64,000 nucleotides of DNA from an uncultured Methanosarcinaceae archaeon (GCA_963847185.1 CAWJYV010000008.1:256001-320000); one strand, 5' to 3'; positions 19,872 through 29,874 are shown, numbered from the stretch's first letter. Translations and numbers: made by a program. Notes: generated by a model from the letters alone, not told the origin.

Positions 19872-20907
19872 ACTTATGGATAACACAGGAATGGCTCTGG
19901 AAGTTCCCAGGCTCTCAGTTCATAATGTTCAGGAATCAGAAGAAAATAACTCTCTTTTTTCAGATCCTGAGACCTTCGGACTCCCAAAAACTCTTTCATG
20001 CCTTGGAATTGACTGGAATCAGCTTGATATTTCTGAGTTTGATACCTATGAACCCCTTGGTATACTGGTTGAGCTTTCCCAGAGTGGAAAGATCGATCCC
20101 TGGGATATCGATATTCTACAGCTCACTGACAGTTTCCTGGGGAGAATAGAAGAACTCCAGAAAATGGATCTCAGAATCTCTTCTAGAACGCTCCTTTATT
20201 CTGCTATTCTCCTTCGCATGAAATCATCGGTAATCCTTGAGGTAGAAGAGGAAGAAACCGATTCTCATGATTCCGATTTTCTCGATGAACTCAATCTTCC
20301 TGAACCTGATGAGTTTCCTATCCCTAAGCTTCCGGTACGCCGTGTCTCTACAAGGCCTGTCACTCTCAATGAGTTAATTCTTGAGCTTAAAAAAGCCGAA
20401 AAAATCCTCTCCAGAAAAAATGAAAAAAAGGTTCTTCAGGCTGCAGAAGAGCGTCATCTCTTTGAGAGCCCTCAGCTCACTACAGGCGATATTCTTGGTA
20501 TTGCGCACGATGAAGCTATCGGCTCCCGGCTGACACTTATGTGGGAAAGGCTTTCTGAACTGTTTATGACAGATAATGTAGTTGTTTTTTCCAGCTTCCT
20601 GGAAACAAGCGACGACAGGATTATGGACTATCTCTCCCTGCTGTTTCTGGCTTCAAACAGGAAGGTCTGGCTCTTCCAGAATGAACTTTTCGGAGAGCTG
20701 CATATATATCCGGGAGAGGGCTCCGGATTTTCCACCGAAAATAATCCTCCTGTCTTTCATGAGATGAAGTGGGAGTCAGAAAGTGAAGTTCCAGAGCTTC
20801 AAATTATGAGTTCTCCAGAACCATGTTTTGCTTGTGAAACCTCTCTGGATGAGGGGTCAGACGAAGAGTATGAAGAGACAATACTTGAGACAATATCTTT
20901 TAATTGA
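19864..20907 (+). CDS. scpA: Kleisin ScpA with N- and C-terminal extensions
   Basis: GKIDPWDIDI, ILLRMKS, RPVTLNELI, YLSLLFLA...LFQNELFGEL; overlaps the smc stop by 8 bp. Confidence 0.9.
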   Translation: MAELMDNTGMALEVPRLSVHNVQESEENNSLFSDPETFGLPKTLSCLGIDWNQLDISEFDTYEPLGILVELSQSGKIDPWDIDILQLTDSFLGRIEELQKMDLRISSRTLLYSAILLRMKSSVILEVEEEETDSHDSDFLDELNLPEPDEFPIPKLPVRRVSTRPVTLNELILELKKAEKILSRKNEKKVLQAAEERHLFESPQLTTGDILGIAHDEAIGSRLTLMWERLSELFMTDNVVVFSSFLETSDDRIMDYLSLLFLASNRKVWLFQNELFGELHIYPGEGSGFSTENNPPVFHEMKWESESEVPELQIMSSPEPCFACETSLDEGSDEEYEETILETISFN

Positions 20908-21000
20908 AGCCTGCAGTCCAAATTTACCTTATTTAATTCACCTGATTAACAATAGTCTCATTAAATAGTAATTTTTGTTCTTTTTTTGGATGTGAAAACA

Positions 21001-22116
21001 ATGAGTGAGCTTGAAGTCATCGAAGCGGCTCTTTTTGCTGCTGGCAGGGCAGTAAGTCTCGAGAAGCTTGCAAAAATAACCGGAAAACCTAAAAAAACCG
21101 TCCTTTCGGCAGTACAGGAACTGATGGAGGCTTACTCTTCACGAAAGTCGGGCATGGAGATTCTTGACCTTGGAGAGCGTTATGTCATGCAGGTCAAGCC
21201 CGAATATTCCGAACTCATGAGAGAGGTAGCCCCAAAAGAACTCTCTGCTCCAAAACTCCGTACTCTTTCCATGATTGCCTATCACCAGCCCCTCCTGCAG
21301 TCAGACCTTATTGATATGAGGGGCAGTGGAGCTTATGATCATATAAAGGAACTTATAGAGCGGGGTTTTGTAGAGTCCATACCGTGTGGAAGAAGCAGAC
21401 AGCTCTCCACAACTTCTCTCTTTGCGGATTACTTCGGGCTTCAGAAAAACGATCCTAAGGCCATAAAGGAAAAAATCCTCGAACTTCTGAGATCTCAGGG
21501 AGGGCAAAGTGAAATCAACCTGTGGATTGGAAAGAAGACAATTGCTGTAACACCCATGTACGAATCTCTTATGGGCATGTGCGGGATTAAGGATTACTTT
21601 GTAGCTAATGCCTACTCACCTTCAAAGGAAGAGATCTCCCTTTTACTTGAGGCGGACGTGCTGGTGGTTTCGGCAGGATATTCAGACACCGTAAGGCAAT
21701 ACTGTGATGGGGAAATCCTTGAAGTTCATTCAACAACTTTTGAGGACTTGATAGAGGCGGTCTCTTTACTCGCCGAAGAACTTCCCCATGATATTAACTC
21801 TAAAATAATTGAAGACACTATTCAGAAGATTCGAGAGACCAGAGAAAAGTATGTTTCTTCCTCTGTTCTGATTAAGACCAGGGTAAAACCTGCAACTGAG
21901 ATGGTTTCAAAAATCGTACAAGATCTTTCCCTTGGGATTTCGGCAGATGGTATTCTTGTTGCTCCGGATTATGGAAATTTAAAGAGCGGAATTAAAATAG
22001 GGAACGGGGCTGAAATCCTGATCCCCACTCACCGCAGTATAGAAGGGGATCTTCTGGATAGAGTCTGTAAAAAATACGAGTCTCTTCTTGAAGGTCTGAA
22101 AAAATTTGAAGATTGA
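21001..22116 (+). CDS. scpB: Kite subunit ScpB fused to an additional C-terminal domain
   Basis: IEAALFAAG, LRTLSMIAYHQP, RGSGAYDHIKEL, FADYFGL in the first ~165 aa; ~190 extra aa follow. Confidence 0.9.
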   Translation: MSELEVIEAALFAAGRAVSLEKLAKITGKPKKTVLSAVQELMEAYSSRKSGMEILDLGERYVMQVKPEYSELMREVAPKELSAPKLRTLSMIAYHQPLLQSDLIDMRGSGAYDHIKELIERGFVESIPCGRSRQLSTTSLFADYFGLQKNDPKAIKEKILELLRSQGGQSEINLWIGKKTIAVTPMYESLMGMCGIKDYFVANAYSPSKEEISLLLEADVLVVSAGYSDTVRQYCDGEILEVHSTTFEDLIEAVSLLAEELPHDINSKIIEDTIQKIRETREKYVSSSVLIKTRVKPATEMVSKIVQDLSLGISADGILVAPDYGNLKSGIKIGNGAEILIPTHRSIEGDLLDRVCKKYESLLEGLKKFED

Positions 22117-22309
22117 GGCATCTGAAATCCCAACCGGCTGCCTTATCCTCCTTAATTTTTTTTGAACCACTGGCGCCTTAAATTTAAGTTTTTCTGTCTC
22201 GTTTATATTCGCTATATAAAGCATTTATATAGTATGCGGAGTATTTAACTATACCTTTATATACCGGTTAGAGGATATTACTTTTGCTTTATATACTGAG
22301 GGTTGACTA

Positions 22310-22861
22310 ATGAGCGAATCTAGCATCAAGATCGAAAACGTGGTCGCATCCACCAAGCTCGCTGAAGAGTTCGACTTAACTGTCATCGAATCCGAGTTCG
22401 AAGGAGCTGAATACAACAAGCAGAAGTTTCCTGGACTCGTTTATAGGGTTTCGGACCCTAAAGCTGCATTCCTTGTCTTTACTTCCGGAAAGGTTGTCTG
22501 TACAGGTGCAAAAAATGTTAACGACGTGCATACAGTTATAGGCAACATGGCAAAAAAATTGAACAGTATAGGAATCAAGACTTTAGAAGATCCTGTGATT
22601 ACTGTCCAGAATATTGTTGCTTCAGCAGACCTTCATACTATCCTGAACCTCAATGCAATTGCAATCGGACTTGGACTTGAAAATATCGAATATGAGCCCG
22701 AACAGTTTCCGGGCCTTGTATACAGGATAGACGAACCAAAAGTAGTGGTTCTTATTTTCAGTTCCGGAAAACTGGTAGTTACAGGAGGCAAATCTCCCGA
22801 AGATTGCGAGAGAGGTGTCGAAGTCGTCCGCCAGCAGCTTGACAATATGGGGCTATTATAA
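22310..22861 (+). CDS. tbp: TATA-box-binding protein
   Basis: Two repeats [32 protein letters not shown] / [11 protein letters not shown]. Confidence 0.98.
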   Translation: MSESSIKIENVVASTKLAEEFDLTVIESEFEGAEYNKQKFPGLVYRVSDPKAAFLVFTSGKVVCTGAKNVNDVHTVIGNMAKKLNSIGIKTLEDPVITVQNIVASADLHTILNLNAIAIGLGLENIEYEPEQFPGLVYRIDEPKVVVLIFSSGKLVVTGGKSPEDCERGVEVVRQQLDNMGLL

Positions 22862-22999
22862 GACCTCGTCGTGTACATTTGTACATTAATACATGCCTTT
22901 TAAGGTTCTATTCTTACGGAACAGAAGACTAAAGAAATATTGTTATAAAACGGATTCTGCGATACGCGTAGAGGTTCCGATAAAGGATATGTGTGAAAC

Positions 23000-23905
23000 G
23001 TGAACAGCGCAGAAGTTTGCATTCTTATTCCCACTCTAAACGAAGCTTCAACAATAGGGCAGCTTATCAAAGATTTCAGGGAAGAAGGCTTTTTTAATAT
23101 TCTTGTGATTGATGGTAACAGCAGGGATGGCACAGGAAAAATTGCGGAAGCCGAAGGCGCAAAAGTTGTTATGCAGATAGGAAGGGGTAAAGGACAGGCA
23201 ATGATCCAGGCCTTCGGACTCATAGAAAGCCCTTATGTAATAATGGTTGATGGGGATGGAACATATCTTGCCAGAGATGCTCCTTCTCTTCTCGAACCTA
23301 TTCTGGAAGGCAGAGCCGATCATGTTATAGGTAATCGACTTCAGAAATATTCTAAAGGAGCTTTTACAAAGCTTAACCTTGTGGGTAATCGTTTAATAAA
23401 CATGCTTTTTGACATTGCTTATGGGGTACATTTGAAAGATATTCTCTCGGGTTATAGGGCTTTTACTCTGCAGAGCATAAAAGAGTTAGAACTAAACAAG
23501 ACAGGTTTCGAAATCGAGACTGAGATCTCTGTGGAATGTATCCTGAAAGAACAGAGAGTTGAAGAAGTTCCTATTACCTATCTCCCAAGGAGTGAAAAAG
23601 GCGCAACCAAGCTAAACCCGGTAAAAGACGGATTAAGAATCGGATCTACTATTTACATGCTTGCAAAAGTTCATAACCCAATGTTCTATTTCGGAATAAT
23701 AGGTTCCATTTTTGTCCTGTCAGGTCTGATTACCGGAACTTATGTTGTCATTGAGTGGTTTAGGGAAATTACACATATTCCACTTTCTATTCTTACAACC
23801 CTGTTAATCATTTTCGGTTTGCAGATGTTTATCTTCGGGATGCTCAGCGACCTTATAGTAACTCTGCATAAGCAAACAATTAGATTAATTCAGGAAAAAA
23901 AATAA
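23000..23905 (+). CDS. aglJ: GT2 glycosyltransferase, AglJ-like (dolichol-phosphate hexose transfer for S-layer N-glycosylation)
   Basis: ILIPTLNE, VIDGNSRDGT, GKGQA, DGDGTY, DILSGYRAF, GFEIETE, two C-terminal TM helices. Confidence 0.8.
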   Translation: MNSAEVCILIPTLNEASTIGQLIKDFREEGFFNILVIDGNSRDGTGKIAEAEGAKVVMQIGRGKGQAMIQAFGLIESPYVIMVDGDGTYLARDAPSLLEPILEGRADHVIGNRLQKYSKGAFTKLNLVGNRLINMLFDIAYGVHLKDILSGYRAFTLQSIKELELNKTGFEIETEISVECILKEQRVEEVPITYLPRSEKGATKLNPVKDGLRIGSTIYMLAKVHNPMFYFGIIGSIFVLSGLITGTYVVIEWFREITHIPLSILTTLLIIFGLQMFIFGMLSDLIVTLHKQTIRLIQEKK

Positions 23906-24344
23906 TTCGGAAAAACAAAGAAAAGTCTACATTATACAGTTTTCCTTAAGCTGGAAAATCTCTACTTATTTCTAGGCTAATATTTTTCAAGTTTTCAGTC
24001 CCATTCTACACTTTTCCGTTTTTTATTTGATTTTTATTAGGTTTTGACTATTTTTCCTCTTTGCTTATTTTTATTCTATATTTTTGGTATAACACAACTT
24101 TACTTGTTTCGAACTCCATTCAATAGTTAATTCCTTTATAAAAAATTTATTTTAATCTTGGCTCTTATAATTTTCGGCATTCTTTGACATCTAAGTAAAG
24201 TAAAATTGATTTAGGTTAAAGTTAATTTTTTAATAAGTATTATATATAATTAAAAGCCTTTATGTTCTAACTCACATTTACTTTACTTACATACTACTCT
24301 CACAAGAGAATTTTACAAACAAATGAAAGCTTGAGGTACTAAAG

Positions 24345-25631
24345 ATGACAATTGTGGAAGATGCCCAAAAAGGAATAATCACTGAAGAGATGAAGATTGT
24401 TGCAAAGGATGAAGGACTCGACCCTGAATTTGTCCGCCGTGGTATTGCAGCCGGCAGAATCGTTATCCCAACCTCTCCTTACAGGCAGGTAAAGCTCTGT
24501 GGTATCGGAGAAGGACTCAGGACCAAAGTCAACGCATCCATCGGTGTATCCTCAGATATCGTTGATTCAGATATGGAGGTCAAAAAGGCAATTGCGGCCG
24601 AAAAAGCAGGCGCAGACACTCTTATGGAACTCGGAACCGGTGGAGATTTCCTTGCAATCAGGAAAAAAGTCATTGACAGTATCTCCCTCTCTGTAGGTTC
24701 AGTGCCTCTTTACCAGGCTTTTATTGAAGCTGCAAGGAAGTACGGTTCAATTGTGCACATGACTGAAGAAGAGCTCTTCAAGGCAACCGAAGACCAGGCA
24801 AAGCTCGGAACCAACTTCATGGCAATCCACACAGGAATCAACAATATAACCATGGACAGACTCAAAGCCCATGGCAGGTATGGCGGTCTCTGTTCCCGTG
24901 GTGGTGCCTTCATGACTTCCTGGATGCTCCACAACGAAAAAGAAAATCCACTCTATGCCAACTTTGATTACCTTGTTGAAATTCTCAAGGAACACGAAGT
25001 TGTACTTTCTACAGGAAATGGAATGCGTGCAGGTGCAGTTCACGACGCAACTGACCGTGCCCAGATCCAGGAACTCATCATCAACGCCGAACTGGCCGAC
25101 AAAGCACACAAGCAGGGCTTACAGGTTATTGTCGAAGGTCCAGGTCACGTTCCACTCGACCAGATTGCAACCAACGTGAAACTCATGAAGGAAATGAGCG
25201 GCCACAAACCTTTCTACATGCTCGGCCCGCTTGTAACTGACATCGCACCCGGCTATGACCACATTGTAACCGCAATCGGAGCATCCGTATCTGCATCATA
25301 CGGCTGTGACTTCCTCTGCTACGTGACCCCTGCAGAACACCTTGCCCTTCCAAACCTCGAAGATGTCATTACTGGGGTCAAGACCTCCAGGATTGCAGCT
25401 CACGTAGGTGATATGGTAAAGTACCCTGACAGAGCAAGAGAACAGGACCTCGCGATGGGCAGGGCAAGAAGAGAACTTGACTGGGAAAAGATGTACTCCC
25501 TTGCAATCGACCCACAGCATGCAAGAGAAGTCAGGGCCAGCAGGGCACCTGAAGACACCGATGCCTGTACAATGTGCGGTAACTACTGCGCTCTGAAGAT
25601 TGTCAACCAGAACTATAACCTTGCAAAATAA
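24345..25631 (+). CDS. thiC: ThiC-family radical SAM enzyme (phosphomethylpyrimidine synthase or BzaF-like paralog)
   Basis: TKVNASIGVS, GSVPLYQA, SRGG, EGPGHVP, LGPLVTDIAPGYDH, CYVTPAEHL, C-terminal CTMCGNYC. Confidence 0.9.
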   Translation: MTIVEDAQKGIITEEMKIVAKDEGLDPEFVRRGIAAGRIVIPTSPYRQVKLCGIGEGLRTKVNASIGVSSDIVDSDMEVKKAIAAEKAGADTLMELGTGGDFLAIRKKVIDSISLSVGSVPLYQAFIEAARKYGSIVHMTEEELFKATEDQAKLGTNFMAIHTGINNITMDRLKAHGRYGGLCSRGGAFMTSWMLHNEKENPLYANFDYLVEILKEHEVVLSTGNGMRAGAVHDATDRAQIQELIINAELADKAHKQGLQVIVEGPGHVPLDQIATNVKLMKEMSGHKPFYMLGPLVTDIAPGYDHIVTAIGASVSASYGCDFLCYVTPAEHLALPNLEDVITGVKTSRIAAHVGDMVKYPDRAREQDLAMGRARRELDWEKMYSLAIDPQHAREVRASRAPEDTDACTMCGNYCALKIVNQNYNLAK

Positions 25632-25651
25632 GCAGGTGAATAAACTAACAG

Positions 25652-25690
25652 AGTAAGGTCTTCGGGCTTTACTTATTTCACCCTTTTTTA
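25652..25690 (+). terminator. Hairpin plus T-tract after thiC
   Basis: AGTAAGGTC-TTCG-GGCTTTACT (UUCG tetraloop) followed by T-rich sequence. Confidence 0.6.
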
Positions 25691-25753
25691 GCTACTTTAT
25701 TTTGTTATTGCTTTTTCACTAAGGGATTGTTTATTTTCACTTTCTTTTACTCA

Positions 25754-26894
25754 TAGGACTTACGCGGTTGAAGCACTTTTGTAAATCATATTAAAATACA
25801 TCTTTTAATATAATATATGCAATATAATCAAAAAAAATCTTTGAGTTGAATTAAATAAATCCTGCTAAATGCACTGAACTTGATTATATCAACTTTCTCA
25901 TTGCTTCTTCTCGCGTCTTCAGCTGTACTGAAGCTTCTAAGTGCAGTTTTATAGACTCTAATAGTCCATCTCATGACTCTTTTTCTCGTCTTCTTCTAAG
26001 GCAGCCTCCGGAAACGGAGGCTTTATGGGACGAAGTCAAGACTTTTGTCATTCCTGAAACTGGCTTTCTTATTATCGATGATACTGTTCTCGATAAACCT
26101 TATTCCAAACACATCGATCTTGTTTACAGGCAATGGAGTGGTAAACATCATCAGATTGTAAATGGAATCAATCTTGAAACCGTTGTCTGGACATATAATG
26201 ATGCTATAATTCCTGTTGACTTTAGAATTTACGATATAGATACTGACGGAAAAACAAAAAATGATCACTTCCTTGACATGCTAAATAAGGCAGAAGAACG
26301 TGGTTTTAGACCAGAATTTGTTCTTTTTGATACATGGTATTCAAGCATAAAGAATCTCAAAGACATCAGGAAAAAAGGATGGCACTGGTTAACAAGGTTG
26401 AAGAAAAACCGGTTAGTTAACCCTGATAAGACTGGTAATGTAGCAATTGAATTGTTAACTATTCCACCAGAAGGAATGACAGTTCATCTGAAAGAATATG
26501 GCTTTATTAAGGTATTTTGGATAGTTTCCAAGGACGGAGACGCGCAATACTGGGCTACAGATGTACTGGATATGAAAGAAGAAAAAAGGAAAGAGTTAGG
26601 GAAAAAAGCCTGGAAAATTGAAGAGTATCATAGGGGAATAAAACAGTTTTGTGGAGTAGAACGCTGTCAGGCAAGAAGAAACAATGTGCAGAGAGCACAT
26701 ATTATGATGGCAATAAGAGCATTTCTAAGATTTGAAATTCAAAGGATAAAAACAGGAGTTACATGGTTTGAAACAAAGTGGAACATTACAAGAAATGCTG
26801 TTAGTCAATTTTTAAAAAAGCCAATCTATACCTTAACCTAAATATCGAAAAAATTAAAAAGTTGCCTGCAAAGCAGGCAAATGCGTAAGTCCTA
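25754..26894 (+). mobile_element. IS701-family insertion sequence, 1141 bp
   Basis: Terminal inverted repeats TAGGACTTACGC (25754-25765) / GCGTAAGTCCTA (26883-26894); identical 5-bp flanks ACTCA at 25749-25753 and 26895-26899. Confidence 0.92.
25855..26841 (+). CDS. IS701-family DDE transposase, 328 codons, beginning at ATA
   Basis: Uninterrupted frame INPAKCTELDYINFLIASS...LIIDDTVLDKPYS...VLFDTWY...WKIEEYHRGIKQ; no ATG/GTG/TTG until 26278. Confidence 0.85.
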   Translation: MNPAKCTELDYINFLIASSRVFSCTEASKCSFIDSNSPSHDSFSRLLLRQPPETEALWDEVKTFVIPETGFLIIDDTVLDKPYSKHIDLVYRQWSGKHHQIVNGINLETVVWTYNDAIIPVDFRIYDIDTDGKTKNDHFLDMLNKAEERGFRPEFVLFDTWYSSIKNLKDIRKKGWHWLTRLKKNRLVNPDKTGNVAIELLTIPPEGMTVHLKEYGFIKVFWIVSKDGDAQYWATDVLDMKEEKRKELGKKAWKIEEYHRGIKQFCGVERCQARRNNVQRAHIMMAIRAFLRFEIQRIKTGVTWFETKWNITRNAVSQFLKKPIYTLT

Positions 26895-27123
26895 ACTCAA
26901 ATACTTTTTATTTTATCTTTTTCTTCTTTCCATTTTGTCTAAGGCACTTTTTGTATTTTCCTGCGGTTTCACTTATCCTTTTTTGACAGTTTAAAATCGA
27001 TAGATTTTTACATCATTGTATTAAAAATATCAAAAGTTATTTTCCTATGATTTTTTGAAGCGTTGGGAAGTTTCATGCCAAATCTAGATGGATACTTGAA
27101 ATTCTTGGAAGGGTAGAGGTTTT

Positions 27124-29196
27124 ATGAGACGAAAATCAGTTAAAGGGTTAATTACTCTCGGAATAGTAAAAGGGCTCATTACTATCGGAATATTACTGTT
27201 CCTTGCAGTTTTTTCTGAATGCAATGCTTCTGCAGAAGTAGCGAATCCTTCTGAATTTATAAATGAAGGATGCACGTTTGAAGAACTTAATCCCGATAAC
27301 GTTACGACTGAATGGAAAGATTCATACCTCTTCAGCAGTAGGGAAGATGCCTTAGAAGAACTGGAGGAATTAGAAAACAGATCCGAAGAAATGAACAAAA
27401 CTTTCCGTCCGAAATTTGAAAACTTGTCTGGACCGGTTTTACTGGATTTCCTGGAAAATGAAGAGGAGTTTTCAAAATCTATTACAGTTCTGTATATTTA
27501 TGCTTATACTCAGCTCAGTAAAAATGTGAATGATCAATTCTTTGCGTCTCTTCTTACAGATTCTCAGGATCTTTTTACCGCATATTCGAAAGCTAATTCA
27601 TTTACAACCATAAAGTTGACCTCGCTCAGTAAAGAGGAATGGGATAGACTCTTTTCTGAAGAACCCAAGCTTGAGGCATATAGACCTTATCTTGAAGCCA
27701 GGTATATGAGATTTGCAGAACACAGGGCAATAAATGAATCCCAGGCTGCATATCTTGCTGATCTCGAAAATCAGCGCATGAAGCTGGAGACTGAAGCGTT
27801 TTCAGAAATTACTAATAATGTTACAATGGCAGGAAATATAACGCTTGAGAACGGAGAGGAATACACGGTCAATTCCCAGTCCTATTTTATTCTACTTTCA
27901 AAAGATCCTAATCGGGAAAACAGAAAAAAATGTTATGAGAAAAGGTTTTACCACCTGAAAAACGAGTCCGATTCCATGGCATCTCTCTATTCCAGAAAAG
28001 CCCAGATTGATGATCTTGTTGCCACGCAGCTAAATTATACGGACTTCTATGATTGCACATTATATGGTCTCTATCTTAACCGTACTCAGATTGATGAGAT
28101 GAATATGGTTTTCAAAGAAAGAAAAGGTGTGTTTGAAGACTATAACGATTTCAGGAGAAACAAACTCGGAGTTGAAACGCTCAGGCCATACGACCTGATG
28201 TTGCAGTCGACAGATCAACCTGGTAAAAACTTTACTTATTTAGAATCTTTGCAGGAGATCCAGAAATCTTATTCCAGAATGGACCCCATTTTCAATGAAA
28301 TCTTTTTAAAGACAGTAACCGGTAATTTCATAGATGTATATCCTGACCCCGAGCACGGAAAACAACCAGGTGGTTATTGTTATGAACTTTGTGCCTTAAA
28401 GGCTCCAGCTCTGATCTTTATCAATTACAATGGTCTTATCAAGGATCAGAAAGCCCTCACTCACGAAATTGGGCACGGAAATCATTTCTACCTAATGGGC
28501 AACTCTGTGGATTACCTCTACTGCACAGGTCAAATCTATGAAGCTGAGGTTCCTTCCACTTTCAATGAAGAACTCTTTGTTGATCATGTGGTCGAAAATT
28601 CTGATAGAGACACCGCAATTATGGTACTCTCTGACCAAATAGCAGATTATCAGAATTACTTTACCAGGCAGCCTATGATTACGGAATTCGAATATAAAGC
28701 TCACCAGCTATGTGCTGAAAATGGAACAGTCAGTGGAGATGATCTCAATGCAATCTGGACAAACTTATCTAAAGAATACAGGAGTGATTCGGTTGAATAT
28801 TACATTGAAGATTCCACTAAAGATTCAGCGGAATGGGCATATATTAATCATATTTACTTAACTAACAACTACTACACTTTTAATTATGCAGTTTCAAAGG
28901 CAATAACCCTTGCTCTCTTCAAACAGTATAAGGAGGATCCGGAAACCTTCAATAAAAACTATATTGCCTATCTTTCGGCAGGTTCAACAATGCCGCCTGA
29001 AGAAAAACTCAAGAAATATTTCGGAATCGAAATAAACAGGCAGCTATTTGAAGACGCCATGGATGTCGTGGAATTAAGGATTCAGGAACTAAATGAACTG
29101 GATAGAGAAACAAATGGACCAAAGCTTAAGTCTACCGCAGAAGTCCTGAATATTTGCCCTGCTGGTTCCTGGGACAGTGTACACAAAAGCCAGTGA
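27124..29196 (+). CDS. M3B oligoendopeptidase F-like zinc peptidase with signal peptide
   Basis: HEIGH zinc motif, AEVPSTFNE, GKQPGGY, HIYLTNNYYTFNY; basic-hydrophobic N-terminus ending in ASA. Confidence 0.88.
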   Translation: MRRKSVKGLITLGIVKGLITIGILLFLAVFSECNASAEVANPSEFINEGCTFEELNPDNVTTEWKDSYLFSSREDALEELEELENRSEEMNKTFRPKFENLSGPVLLDFLENEEEFSKSITVLYIYAYTQLSKNVNDQFFASLLTDSQDLFTAYSKANSFTTIKLTSLSKEEWDRLFSEEPKLEAYRPYLEARYMRFAEHRAINESQAAYLADLENQRMKLETEAFSEITNNVTMAGNITLENGEEYTVNSQSYFILLSKDPNRENRKKCYEKRFYHLKNESDSMASLYSRKAQIDDLVATQLNYTDFYDCTLYGLYLNRTQIDEMNMVFKERKGVFEDYNDFRRNKLGVETLRPYDLMLQSTDQPGKNFTYLESLQEIQKSYSRMDPIFNEIFLKTVTGNFIDVYPDPEHGKQPGGYCYELCALKAPALIFINYNGLIKDQKALTHEIGHGNHFYLMGNSVDYLYCTGQIYEAEVPSTFNEELFVDHVVENSDRDTAIMVLSDQIADYQNYFTRQPMITEFEYKAHQLCAENGTVSGDDLNAIWTNLSKEYRSDSVEYYIEDSTKDSAEWAYINHIYLTNNYYTFNYAVSKAITLALFKQYKEDPETFNKNYIAYLSAGSTMPPEEKLKKYFGIEINRQLFEDAMDVVELRIQELNELDRETNGPKLKSTAEVLNICPAGSWDSVHKSQ

Positions 29197-29400
29197 ATTG
29201 AATATTTGGGTAAAATATTCGTAAGGGTATGGGGCTGCTTAAACGACCTCAACCCTAATTTCTTTTTAACTTTCTCTTTTTTAACTTTCAGTCAGATCAA
29301 TACTCTGCGCTCCTCTACCAAATAAGAGTTACTATCATAAACGATACAGCTATTTGCTAAACGACACAATTATTTGCAACTGCTAAAGGAGACAAACAAA

Positions 29401-29874
29401 ATGTATTACCATATAATCGACTCCCCAATCTGCCCCATTCTTCTGGCAGGAGATGAAGAAGGGCTAAAAAACGTCCTCTTCTTAAAGGGTGAGAAAAAAA
29501 TAGATATTCCTGCTGATTGGGTAGAAAACAAAGAATTTTTCATAGAAATTGCCAGGCAACTTGAAGCTTATTTTTCCGGGAAGCTCAAGTCTTTTAAAAT
29601 TAAGATATCTCCTGAAGGAACAGAATTCCAGAAATCTGTCTGGAAAGCTTTGTGCGAAATACCTTACGGAGAGACCCGGACTTACAAAGATATAGCTCTA
29701 TCTATCGGGAACCCTAAAGCATACAGGGCTGTTGGACTTGCAAATAATCGGAACCCAATTGCGATAATCGTTCCCTGCCACAGGGTCATAGGATCAAATG
29801 GGAAACTTACAGGTTATGCTTGTGGGTTGGACGTGAAAGAATTTTTATTAAAACTTGAAGAAAATACTACGTAA
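29401..29874 (+). CDS. ogt: Methylated-DNA--protein-cysteine methyltransferase
   Basis: GTEFQKSVW, IPYGETRTY, RAVGLAN, active-site PCHRV. Confidence 0.95.
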   Translation: MYYHIIDSPICPILLAGDEEGLKNVLFLKGEKKIDIPADWVENKEFFIEIARQLEAYFSGKLKSFKIKISPEGTEFQKSVWKALCEIPYGETRTYKDIALSIGNPKAYRAVGLANNRNPIAIIVPCHRVIGSNGKLTGYACGLDVKEFLLKLEENTT

